Source: the human T2T-CHM13v2.0 reference genome, Homo sapiens
Direction: 5' to 3' (one strand)
Length of the DNA stretch: 64,000 nucleotides
NCBI RefSeq assembly: GCF_009914755.1
Contig: NC_060925.1
Part shown: positions 30,092 to 43,700 of the stretch, one piece after another
Position numbering within the stretch: position 1 is the stretch's first letter
Layout: each line of letters starts with the position of its first letter
The notes under the pieces: generated by a model
What the model saw: the letters and a program-made list of their open reading frames with translations, nothing else
Database searches by the model: none
What the model was told of the DNA's origin: nothing
Translations under genes and position numbers: made by a program

Positions 30092-33000
30092 TTCTGACAG
30101 AAGTGCTATACTTTATATCTTTGTGTTTATTTTATCTTAGTAGTATTCCTACTATGCAGAAATATCTTTTCAGATAATGGGAAAAAGTAGAATATTTAGC
30201 AATTCATATATTTAGTAATTGTTTGTGTGGTGCTTTTATTGGTCTTTCCTCATTAGCTAGAGGTAAGAAAACTTAATTGCACTTCGAAGAACTTAGGATA
30301 GAGTGCTATTTTCCTACTTATGTTTTATGTAATCCACAAGAAGGCCCTTAACTTTATGTTGCTTCTACCTCCAGAATTCTGTCTCTGTAAAAGAGAAAAA
30401 AATTCTTCAGGGCAAAGAAGGATTTCATATTTCCTTGATTATTAGCTTTACCTTTTCAGTTGAAAGTGGTTAATAAGTCATTCAGCACACATGCATATTA
30501 AAAAGTCACTAATGTCTTGTCCTATAGACATTGAACACCATACCTACACTTAGCAGGCTCACCCTTGATTCATGTGTCTATGATTATTACAAAATAATCA
30601 CCAAAGGATTCCACACCTGCTGCCAACAGAAATTATAAGGCTTAAAGAGCTGCATATGGCCAATGACAGAGCCATTGAGAACTGTAATAATCTCTCTGAA
30701 AAGGCTCTGCTTATGAAATGAAGTTCTCCAGCATGCTCTGCACCCTATGGTGCTTTTGACCCCTGAAGAGAGTACAAGTTTCTACCATCAATCCCACTTC
30801 TTTGTTCTTCACAAGCAATGTGAAGATTAGATATTATCCTGGATCAACATCAAGCCTACTGGGCCACAGTAGTGAGGAATTGGGATATCATGAGAAGGAA
30901 CCATAGCCTTCAGCCCAAGTTTAAGTGGTTTCCCCTGTTGTGTCTCTCTCTTCAAAGTCAGCTGGTGGCTATTTTGACATGGGTTTGGCAGTAAGGTAAG
31001 GCTGGGGCACTAGGGTTTACCAGGCAAATTCCTTTTCAGAAACAACTAATGAATTGTACAGATACTCTGGTACAAGTTACCACACGGAATTATCAAGATC
31101 ACATATAATTGAGAATAGCTTTATTAGTGGGAGTAAGGAAGCCACAAAGAGGGCCATAAAACTATGAATACCAAAGACCTGGGGAATAATATCTCCAGGA
31201 TTATTCCTGGAGGAGAAGGAAAGATCTGGACTGGATGGAGCTAAGAAATGACACTGGGTGATTCATGCTCTGTTGCTGTTTTCCGGTTTCTCACCCATAG
31301 CTGAGGATATGACTGGTGACTTCAGGAGAAACTAAATTAGGTCCCTTTTTTGGATACAAATAGGTGATGGGAAGAAATGTTAGTGCATTCATCGGAATAA
31401 CAAAGATTACAAACTACTTCACATATTCAGATGAAGAAAGGAAAGTTATGAGGAGAAATTATGTTAAACATTTCTTCCTGTTTAGCTTTCAACATCTGTC
31501 TTAGGAAGTATGTAAAAGTGTAGCAGAGGGAGAAAGAGCTATGGAAACCTTCTACCCAGGTAAAGAAATTTTACACACTACAAGGCAAAGAATTGTGATT
31601 TTACAATTCCTTACATATTGAGTTTTAAAAATGCCATCTGCCTTTATCTAAAGTTGTGTGTGAGTAGACTATACTCACATAATTTACCTTTCACATTCCA
31701 GAAAATTAAAACTCATGCAGAAATGACACTTTGAAGACAAAGCTAACCGCAGAGGAAACTTACACACAACAGTTACCATAATCACAAATTTCTAAAAGAT
31801 ATAAAATTGAGTTTAGACACCACATTCTAGAAGAGGTTGCTCATGTCTTAGAGTATTATTCTCCCTGAGATATAAGAAGCATGATGTCCTAATTAGCTCT
31901 TTGATAGTTTTCCCCCCCAGGAATGCCTTAGGCCTGTGAATTGGTGAATGGTGTACAACACATCACTGACTAGAAATTGACTAGCAACTCAGGAAAGCTA
32001 AGCTAGTCATTGTACTTAGCTTTTATTTTACCTTTTCACCCCAGCCTCCCTGATATTTTGTAATAACAACATAGGTTCAGGCCAAAATATATATCTTATT
32101 TTGGGAACATTAAAATCATTAGGAATTGAGTGAAGAATAGCTATTAAGATTGTTAACTGGTAATTTATCTGTGTAAATTCCTACTAACCCTCTGAAAGTT
32201 TGAAAAAATGGGGCACAGTGGAGACATAGGCTTGAGTGCATATCTTTTAGTAGTTGTGGAGTGAGTCGCTTCAGATTTAGTGAAAGATTGCCCATACAGA
32301 TAGAGCTGGAGAAGTCATGAAAACAAAGAACATGTTTTTGTATTCTGTAAACGAATAAATTCTGGAGAGAGGAAGACATATTATGATGATTTGGAAACCT
32401 TAATATCTCTATTGGAAAATAGAGAGACATCCATTTGAGGGCCTTTAATGCATTTGTCAGTGAAATAATTAATTGGATAATTGAAGGGTTTTGTTTTTAT
32501 TTTTAAGATATAATTCTCTTACCACAAAATTCACCCTTTTAAAGTGTAGGTGGTTTTTAGTATAATCATAGAACTGTGCAATCATCACAACTACATAATT
32601 CCAGAACAGTTTCATTACCCCAAGAGAAAGAAAGTCATACTTCCTGTTTCCCACTTTCCAAAGCCCCCACCAACTGCTAATCTGTTTTCTAACTCTGGAT
32701 TTTCTTATTCTTGACATTTTCTGTAAATTGTCATTATGTGGTCTTTTGTGTTTGACTTCTTTTACTTACTGTATTTTCAAATGTCATGCACGTTTTAGTG
32801 TGAATCAATACACTGTTCTTTTTATGGCTGAATACTATTCTATGATATGAATACACCACATATTGTTTACCCATTTACTGGCCATTACCTGTTTATTGGC
32901 TGACAGACATTTGGCTTGTTTCTAATATCTGACTATTGTGAATGATGCTGCTGTGGACATCCATGTACACATTTTTTTATGAATGTGTTTTTTCAATTCT

Positions 33001-33254
33001 CTTAGACATATACCTTGAAGTGAAATTGCTTGGTTATACAGTAACCCTATGTTTAAATTTTTAAGGAGCAGTAAAACTGTTTTACAAAGTGACTACTTCA
33101 TTTTACATTCCCACCAGCAATTAATGAGGGTTTCAGTTCTTCCACATTCTTACCAAACACTTTTACTTTCCATTTTTAAAAATCATTTCAGCTACTGTAG
33201 AGAGTGTGAAGTGGCATCTCATTGTGGTTTTGATTTACATTTTCCTAATGACTA

Positions 33255-33440
33255 TACTATAAAAGTATATATTTTTATATTTTATATATGTTTATATAAA
33301 ATATTTACTCATATATAATATATAATTATATATAATATATAAATATATTATATATTTTATATATTAAAGTATATATTTTGATGACTATGCTATAAAAGTA
33401 TATATAAAAGTATATACTGTAAAAGTATACTATAAAAGTG
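33255..33440. repeat. TA-rich low-complexity expansion inside L1
   Basis: Repeated TATAAAAGTATA and TATAT units. Confidence 0.85.
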
Positions 33441-35201
33441 TAAATTTGAGCATCTTTTTCTGTGTTTATTGGCCATTTATCTTTTTAGAAGAAGTCTATT
33501 CAAAATTATAGCTAATTTTAATTGGATTATTTGTTTTGTATTGAGTCGTGTTTGTTATATGTTTTTAATACTAGATCCTTACTAGATATATTTGCAAATA
33601 TTCTCTTTCATTATATGAGTTATCGTTTTACTTTCTCATAGCACACATTGAGGCACATTTTGAAAATTTTTGATAAGGTCCCATTTAACTATTTTTTTCC
33701 TTCTTTGGTAGTTTTTGCTTTATACATCCTATTTAATAAACTATTGCCAAATCTAAGATCACAGAACCAGAGCTTGCACTTCTGTTTTCTCCCAAGAATT
33801 TTATACTTTTAGTGGTAACATTTAGTTCACTGATACACATTTAATTAATTTTTGAAACAGGGCAAGGTCGGAATACAACTTCATGTTTTTGGATGTGAGT
33901 ATTTCATGACTATTTGTTGAAAATACTTTTTCACTATTGATTTATCTTAGCACCCTTCATGAAAAATGTTTATTTTTATGTCAGTAACACAGAATATGGA
34001 TTATTGTAGCTTTACAGTAAGTTTTAAAATCAGAAAATGTGAGTCCTCCAAATTTGTTGTCTTTCATACTAAAATTATAAAATTCCTAGGAGAAAACATA
34101 AGCGCAAATTCTGTGACTTTGGATTTGACAACAGTTTGGAGTTTTGATAAAATTCTTTAGCATTTTTGTCTGGATTGGTATAGGAAGAAGTGGGAAATAT
34201 TTTTTCTTTCTCTATTTTTTGTTAAGAATGTATCAGTGTTTTGTGTTAGTTCTTCTTTAAATGTTTGATAAAATTCACGAGTGAGCCCATATGGTTCTGA
34301 AATTTTCTTATTGTAAGTTTTTCTATTACTAACTCAATGTCTTTACTTTGTATTAATCTATTCAGACTTTCTTTCTTCTTGAGTCTGAATTGGTAGTTTG
34401 TTCTTTCTAGGAATTAGTCCATTTCACTTAGATTATCTAATTTTTTGGCACATAATTGTTTCTTGTATCCTCTTATAATCCATTTAGGTTTTGTAAATTT
34501 GGTAGTAATACCCCCTCTTTCATTCTTGATCCTAAAACAGTTAATTGATTTAGAATAATTCCTCTTTGTTAATATAGGCACTTATAAGTATAAATTTCCT
34601 CTGAGTACTGTTTTTGCTGCTTCCCAAATGTGTTTGTATATTATGTTTCCATTTTCATTCATCTCCAAGTATTTTCTAATTTCTCTTTTATCATTGGTTA
34701 TATAAGAATATATTGCTTAGTTTTCACGTTTGTAAATTTCCAACCTCCTTTCTTTTACTTATTTGTAATTTCATGCTACTATAGTTGTACATATTTAATA
34801 TATTTTCAGTCCTTTTAATTTTATTGAGACTTGTGTTTTGACTAACACATGGTCTGTCCTGGAGAATGGTCTATGTGCATTTGAAATGAATGTGTTATCT
34901 TGTTGTTTGAGGGTATAGTGTTCTATATATGTCTGTTAAGTCTCTAATAGTCACTTATTATCTGATTAATCTTTCCAGTTCTATTGATTATTGAAAGTGG
35001 GAAATGAAAGTCTACAAACATTATTATTAAATTGCCTATTTCTCCTATAAATTTTGTCAATCTTGGCTTGACGTATTGGGGGCTTTTTTGTCTATTTTAT
35101 ATATGTTTGGTATTATTTATCTTTTGATTGAATGGATATTTTTCATTATTGAATGTCCTTCCCTAACTCTAATAACAATTTTTATCTTAAAGTCTATTTA
35201 G

Positions 35202-35507
<306 letters not shown>

Positions 35508-35715
35508 TCATTCATTATTAGTATAGACAATTCAGCTCTCTTTTAGTTACTGTCAAATGTTGTGTCTGTTTCCATTTTATTTTACTTTCCATCTATTTGT
35601 GCTTTTGATTTTTAAAGTGTGTCTCTTTTAGACCTCATTTTCTTGAATCATTTTATTTTTTATCTCTTATGACATACTCTTATTTTTCATTGGAGAGATT
35701 AAACAATTTACATTT

Positions 35716-36067
35716 TAAATTATATATATTTTTAATTGATGCAATGCAATTGTACATCTTTATGGGGTACGATTTGATGTTTTGATACATGTATGTGTTG
35801 CACAATGATCAAATCAGGGTATTTAGTGTGACCATCACATGCATTTATCATTTCTTTGTGGTGAGGTTGCTGGAAAGCCTCTTTTCTAGATGCTTTGTAA
35901 ATATATCTTAACTGGTATCCACTCTTACCCTACCGTGTGATAGAACACCAGAACTTATTCCTTTTATGTAATTGTAACTTTCTACCTGCTGACCAACCTC
36001 TCCATCCTCCACTCTCTCTTATCTTCCCCAGTCCCTTGTGACCACTGTTCTGCTCTCTGCTTCTATA
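35716..36067 (-). mobile_element. Short L1MA-type 3' end insertion with TSD
   Basis: TTTATGGGGTAC..ATGATCAAATCAGGGTA..GATAGAACACCAGAACTTATTCC. TSD TAAAC(A/C)ATTTACATTT at 35700-35715 and 36068-36083. Confidence 0.85.
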
Positions 36068-38347
36068 TAAACCATTTACATTTAGTGAGATTTCTTATTT
36101 GATAGGATTATATCTGCCATTTTGCTATTTGTTTCCCATATGTATTTTGTCTATTTTGTTCTTCTTTTCCTCAATTACTGTCTTCTATGTTAAATAGGTA
36201 TTTTCTAATGTATCATTTTAATCTCTATAATTTTTAGTATACTGTTTATTAGTATTTTTCCGTGTTGTCCTGCAGATTAAAATTACTATCTTAATTTATA
36301 ACAATCTAGTTTGAATCAATATCAATTTAATTTTAATTATATACAAATATTTGCTATTATATAGCTCTATTTTACTACCCCTTCTTTGTTCTGTTTTTGC
36401 CATGAAAATTACATCATTATCCATTTGGTGCCCATCGATGCAAATTTATAACTATTGGGTTATGCATTTTTCTTCTAAATCTGATAAGAGAAAAAATAAG
36501 ACGTAAGACTTGGAAACAGATATATGCATACGTATATACACACACACACACACACATATATGTTTTTTAAATATACCTATGTTTTTACCTTTACTTGTGC
36601 CGTTTATTTCTTCATATGGATTTTCCTGGAGAAAAGGTTTTCCATAATGATTGAGCACTGAGTCAGATCAAATTGACACTACTTTTCTATCAGGGGTATT
36701 CCAGGAAACCACTAGACAAGTAAAATAGTGATAATTCTCTGGAAATGAGGCTCAGAAGGGGCACCAACCCTGTTCTGCCCACTCCGGTGTCTATCAGTCT
36801 GCTGGGTTTCACCTTGATTATGGACTACTGGTTTTGAAGATTGTTGCAGAGCTGGAGTGATTGGATATGTTCAAACACCACAAAGCTTGCTGTTGCTACC
36901 AATATTTACCAAATGTTTCCCGGATTCTTGTAAATTTTGGTTAATTTTCATAATTGTGAAAAAGTTGGTTTTGACCATTTCTGCATGTTTTGCATTGCTT
37001 TCATGGAGGAAATGATGTTTGGAGGTACTTACTCTGCCATTGCTGCTGACATCTTATTAAGTGTTTTAAATAGTTATTTATCTGTAGAGTAAAAGCAAGT
37101 ATGGTGAATTTTATATCATTGATATTTACTTATTTATTGATTTGAGTTATTCTGGGCTGGTAAGTTTGGGTGGACAATAGTTGATTAGGCAAATATTGAA
37201 ATATGATATAAAATAGAACATTTTGGCTTTGAATTTGGCATAACTTCTGAGTAAACTTAATTGAAATAATGTTTTGACTCTTGCTGGGATTTAGGAATTG
37301 TAGCCAATACTTATTCTTATATTCATTGAGAGATTTAACTTCTAATCTCATTGGTCCTTGATAGTTGTACAGTATTGGTGCAAATTGTGAAGTGACCCCA
37401 TGTAGGTAGGGTCTTTTCTGATTAAGGTTTCTCTGATCTCATCCTTCAAGGAAGGTAACAACTCTGCTGATTAATTTGAATTATGTCCATTGTGTTGTCA
37501 GTTATTATCAACATTCCCTCACAGGGGAGCTCTTTAAAAAAGAACAGTGCCCACACCTGTAGAAGTAGAAGAGATTATAATACATTTTGTCTCTGGTTGA
37601 AACTTGACACTGTTATTTTTGCAATTCTTACAAGTGGCTAATATTAAGATAAATTGCGTTAGATAAATGAACAAGTGCCTCCAAGGAGCTCTCACTTCCA
37701 CACCCACACACAAATAGTTACAGGAGTACTGATAATGGTAAGTCAAGATTCAGATTATTTCTTAGGTTCTGGTATTGAGCATAATTGTCAATGTTCTTTC
37801 AAAGCCCTAAAATGAATAAAGTAGACTATATTATTAACAGACTTTAGCAAGAACCCTACCCTCTTGTTTTTTTGATGTGCTTTTGCTCTTTTTCTTGAAG
37901 TTTATATAATAATATCCAAAAATAGTAAGTAGGTTTCAGTTTAGGGGAAGATACAGAAATGAAGCTACTTGGCATGTTTTGGCTATAATTCTTAGTTCTA
38001 CCTATGCCTCAGCAAGACAAATTCTTGTAGCTTAACATGGTCTAACCATGATCATCAAGGCTAAAATGTTTTCAACCACACCTCAGCAAGTAACTGCTAT
38101 GTGTGTCTTTGCTGTGACATATATTTTGTACTTTTCTATTCCTTTGTGACCTTGTGAGACTATCTATGTGCAGCAGCATTTTGTTGATCAGGATCCTGGG
38201 CCTGGGCCATCTTTCAAATTATTTCACTGAAGATTTCCACTAGAATGAAAGAAGGAAAACTGAACTTTCTATACAAATTATAGAGTGAACATTGTGTTAA
38301 CATTGTCTAAGTGCATATGCTTATGAATAAATGATTTTGTTTTTATA

Positions 38348-38948
38348 TGTCAGTGCCCTATCATCAAAGACTATGAGGAGCACCCTTATACTTAAAGTTA
38401 GGATTATTGACTCACTATAAAAAGGGATAATGCACACCATAGGGAACTGAAAAATGTCTCAGTAAAAGGAGGTTAGAAACATGTATTTTAGAATTTGGGC
38501 TTGTGTTAACTGATTTTGGGGAAGGTATAAGGAAGTGGGACTTTTCTCTGAATTTGATATTACCATGACACAGAAATGATTATATAATTGAGTCTTTATA
38601 ATAATTCTTCTTTAGAAGATAGATAAGAGGGTAGTTAATCGTTTTTTTTTTAAGAAGCAGTCATTTATAATAGCCAGAATACAGGACATGTTTGGTCATT
38701 TTTGGAGTTTGGACAACTTTCCTTTTCGCCTGTGTTCAGTCGTGATTGTGACAGAATAGACTTGTTTTTGCCTTGATTCATCACAATCACAGATTATTCT
38801 TGTCTAATGTTGGCGCTCTGTGAAAATATTTATGTTTAACAGAAGAAAAGCACAGCTCATTTGTAAGTGCCTGGACAGCTTGTTACAAAATCAAAAGCTG
38901 ACATTGCTAGGCTAGAACCCAGATGTCAGTGGCTGCTTTTCTTTTTCA
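38348..38948 (-). mobile_element. Old solo LTR, ERV1-type (MER90/MER110-group-like)
   Basis: TG...CA bounded, about 600 bp, minus-strand start TGAAAAAGAAAAGCAGCCACTGACATCTGGG. Shares colinear motifs with 59478-60052 (GCACAC..AGGGAA, GCTTGTGTT..TGATTT, GGTCATTTT, TTGTTTTTG). Confidence 0.6.
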
Positions 38949-40136
38949 AATGTAATTTATAACCAAATACGTCATCAAGGCTAAGTTTATCTTTGTCAGA
39001 TGCCGATGTATCATTTCGTCTCCTGTCACACTGCCTCTCTTGTGGCAGGATGCCCTTCTGTTAGCATAGATAATTTCTTTCATCATTGGCCTTTTACATT
39101 CTGATCGATGAGTTTTCTATGTTTACAATGCTGAAGCTCTGTCTTGATAAGGAATTTCTTGGTCCAGACATGTTATCACACAGTTTTCATCCTTCTCATC
39201 CTTAGTACTTGGCAAAATATCAACTCTCTGGTTATATATTCTTCCCCATAAAATTATTTTCATGTTGTTCAGATGCTTTATTCTCTCTTTTCTCTGCTCT
39301 TCCTCAAAGATTCTTCAATAGTACTCTGATATTAAACTCTTCTTTAGATGTTTCTACAAACTTAAATATAGCCTGACTGAATTAGGGCTTAGGATATTGA
39401 TTCCTCTTGCTACCCTCTTGATTGAAAGGTCTTCCCCACCTCCCATTTCTCAAGCCTTTTCACACTTCTGTACTTTTATTCTACAGATCAATTTCTTGTT
39501 TTCATATAAAACTTCAGTCTCTTTAACAACCTGACCTTAGGAGAAAAATAACACTATTTTAGATATTTCTTTTAGCAGTTGTCTTTGTGTACATAGGTGA
39601 AGGTGTCGGAGAATAGCCTTAATGGACTAGGATATAATTTTAAAAATTATAGCTAAACTAGTCTGTGGGTAAATTAATATAAATTTTTGTTTGGGAAAAA
39701 GAGAAGATGTAATTAATTAGAAAGATGAAGGGAGGATGTCAGAGGAAAGAGATATAACAGATGTTGGAGCACACAATAAAAAGTCAGCCCCCTTTTTAGA
39801 GATAACTAAAGGAAACTTAACAGCAGTCAGATCTCAGATTCAGTCTTCATTGTATGTCTGTATGTGCTGTAACTATTTCTCTGCTTCAGAACTTTGGTAA
39901 AATTAGTTACACATGCAATATCAAATAGTGATAGCATGGAGTATAGGAAGTGGAGTTGCCATTATATAATTTTTACTAAAAGATTACTCTTATGTAAGTT
40001 TATAGTTGATAGCATTCAATGACTAACTTATTAATGAGAGAACTTTTAGGATAGCTAAGTTGGTTCAGGTAAAAAATGAAGAATATAGATTTCTATAGTT
40101 ATTTACTCAAAAGAATATTTAGATAAATTTGCATAT

Positions 40137-40504
40137 TGTATTAGTCTGTTTTCATGCTACTAATAAAGACATACCTGAGACTGGGTAATTTATAAAGAAA
40201 AAGAGGTTTAATGGACTCACAGTTTCATGTGACTGGGGAAGCCTCACAATAGTGAGGGAAGGCAAAGGAAGAGCAAAATCACATCTTACATGGCAGCAGG
40301 CAAGAGAGAGAGCATGTGCAGGGGAACTCCTCTTTATAAAACCATCGGATCCCATGAGACTTATTCACTGTCACAAGAACAACAAGGAAAGACTCACCCC
40401 CATGATTCAATTACCTCCCACTGGGTCCCTCCCATGGCACATGGGAATTATGGGAGCTACAATTCAAGATGAGATTTGAGTGGGGATACAGTCAAACCAT
40501 ATCA
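40137..40504 (-). mobile_element. THE1 (THE1C-like) solo LTR
   Basis: TGTATTAGTCTGTTTTCA ... CAAACCATATCA. Perfect TSD CATAT at 40132-40136 and 40505-40509. Confidence 0.95.
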
Positions 40505-40511
40505 CATATAA

Positions 40512-40705
40512 ATACACACACACACATACACACACACGGGATATACTATATACATTATGTATATGTTATATATTATATATGGAATATACCATGTTATGTA
40601 TAGGATATATATCTGGACATATATTCCATGTGTGTGTGTGTGTATATATATCTATATGTATATATGTAATATATGTACATCTATATGTACATATATGTAT
40701 ATATG
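40512..40705. repeat. (CA)n/(TA)n/(TG)n simple-repeat mosaic
   Basis: Visible dinucleotide runs. Confidence 0.85.
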
Positions 40706-43700
40706 AAATATTCTACAGGGCAATAAAAATATAACTTTTAAGATAATATTTTCTGCTGCTCAGAAATCCTTTGGTGGACCTATTAGAAAATGTTTCAGTA
40801 TGACATTGAAAAAATATGGTTATCTTTTTGTCCTATTTCCACATTTTAGATAATTTTTCTAAGTAGTGAAGTATCCATTTGTTTAAAGTGACAGAGGAAA
40901 AGAGCACAGAATCAGGAAACCATGGGATGTTCTAGAATTTTATCAGTGAAGAAACCTGAAACCTGAGGTTACTAGGGAAAATATAAGGACCTGCCCATAC
41001 CTTCTTTCTATCGCCAGGGATTCCTAAATGTCTATCCCAAGGGATACCAACACACAATAGTTTTCCTATCATGTGTTGAATGTTGGTTTAACATCAAAAT
41101 TTATTTTTATCTCCAAGAATAGGATGGCTCTATTTGATATTTTGCATTGAATATTTACTAAAAGCAAAATAAATGCCTGAAAATTAATAATTGCCCCTAT
41201 TCACCGCATCATTTTCATAATAACTATTGGTATAAAGTTGAGTATACTATTGTTGGTTTTTCAATAAATAATATAAAGTACAGGTATATGTTTATCAATA
41301 CATAGAATAAAGGTGTATATGTACACAAGTACGTATTTGGATTTTTAATTTTTTATCGATACAAAATACTTTAAACTTTATGAGGTTATATGTGAGTATT
41401 TATTATAGGCATAGAATGTATAATGGTCAGATCAGAATCTTAGGGATATCCGTCACTCCAAATACTTATCATTTTCGTGTGTTGGTAAAATTTTAAGTCC
41501 TCTCTTGTAGCTACTTTGAAATATACAATACATTGTTGCTAACCATATTCACCCTACTCTGCTATCTAATATTGTGACTTGCTTGTTCTAACTGTATGTT
41601 TGTACCCATAACCAACCTCTCTTTATCCCCTCCTCCCACCCACACACTGTTTCCATGCTCTGGTATCTATCGTTCTTTATCTCCATTGGATCAGGTTTTT
41701 GAGCTCCTACATATTAGTGAGAACATCTGTCATCTATTTTTCTGTGTCTGGCTTTATTTCACTTAACATAATAACCTCCAGTTTCATCCATGCTGCTGAA
41801 AATGACATCATTCTTTTTTATCAATGAATAGTATGCCACTGTGGATATATACCACAGAAAAACCTTATCCATTTTTCTACAATGGATAATTAGGTTGATA
41901 CCGTATATTTGCTATAGTGAATAGTGCTGTGATAAACATGTGAGCGCAGGTATCCCTTGGATGTACAGATTTATTTTTCTGTGGATAAATATCCAGAAGT
42001 AGGATTCTTAAATCATATGGTAGTTCTATTTTTAATTTTTGCAGAACTCGCCATACTGATTTCCATAGTAGTACCAATTTACATACTCACCAACATTGTA
42101 TAAGAGTTCCGTTTTCTCCTTATCTTCTCCAACATGGTTTTTTTTTTTTTTGGTCCTGATAGCCATTCTAACTGGAGTAAGATAATATCTCATTGTGTTT
42201 TTGATTTGCATTTCCCTGATGCTTAGTGATATTGAGCATATTTTTCATATACCTATTGGCCATTTGTATGCTTCTTTTGTGCAATGTCTGTTCATGTCTT
42301 TAGCCCAATTTTAATGAGTTTTTTTAATTGTTCAGTTGTTTGAGTTGCTTGTATGTTCTGTATATTAGTCCATTATTAGATAAATAGTTTGCAGATATTT
42401 TATTCCATTTAACAAGTTGTTGATAGTTTCTTTTGCTGTACAGAAGCTTTTTAGTTTAATATAGTTTCATTCCCTTATTTTTGTTAGAGTTGTTTGTGCT
42501 TTTTAGTTCTTAGACATGAAATCTTTGCCTAGACCTAAAACACCTTTGAAGTATTTTTCCTGTTGTTTTTCTACCTAGTTTAATACTTTCAGGTCTTATG
42601 TTTAAGTCTTTAACCCATCATGGGTTGATTTTTGTATGTGAGGAGAGATAGGCATCCATTTTCAATCTTCTGTATTCAGATATCCAATGTCTCCTAGTAC
42701 CATTGATTGAAGATAGTGTTCTTTCCCAAGAGTAGGCTCTTGGTGCTTTTAAAAATAATCATTTAGATGTAAGTATATGGATTCATTTCTGGACTCTATC
42801 CTGTTCCATTAATCTCTGTGTCTGTTTCTTTACCAATATCCTGCTGTTTGGGCTACCTTTGTAATATATTTTGAAGTCAGGTAATGTGATACCTCCAGTT
42901 TTGTTCTTCTTGCTCAGGATTGCTTTGGCTATTTGGGGTCTTTTTGGGCTCCATACAAATTTTAGGATTACTTTCTCTAATTCTGTGAAAAATGATGTTA
43001 CTATTTTGTTAAGGATTGCATTGCATCTGTAGATTTCTTTGAGGAGCATGCTCGTTTTCAATGACATTAATTCTTTTGATCCTTGAGTATGGGATGTCTA
43101 TTTGTTTGTGTCATCTTTAATTTCTTTCATCAGTATTTTGTAGTTCTCCTGGTAGAAATATTTCACTTCCTTGGTTAAGGTTACAATCTATTGTATATGA
43201 GATTGCCTTGATTTCTTTAGCTAGCTCAATATAATGTATAGAAATGCTCCTGATTTTTGAATGCTGATTTTGTGTCCTGCAACTTTATTCAATTTATTTA
43301 TAGTATTGAGGAGACTTTTGGTGGAGCCTTAGTTTTTTACAGAAATAAAATCATATTATCAGTAAAAAGGGACAATTTGACTTATACTTTTCCAATTTGG
43401 TTGTCTTTTAATTTTTTCTCTTGCCTTATTGCTGCTGTGGCTAGCCCTTCCACTATTGAATAGTAGTGGTGAAAGTGGGTATTCTTGTATTGTTACAGAT
43501 CTTAGAGGGAAACTTTCAGCTTTTCCTCATTCAGTATAATGTTAGCTGTGAGTTTCTTATATAGGGCCTTTATTTTCTTAACTTGTATTTAAGGTTCAGG
43601 GGTACATACTGCAGGTTTGTTATACAGATAAGTTGCAAGTCATGGGGGATTGGTATAGACATTATTTCATCACTCAGAAATAAGCATAGTATCTGGTAGG

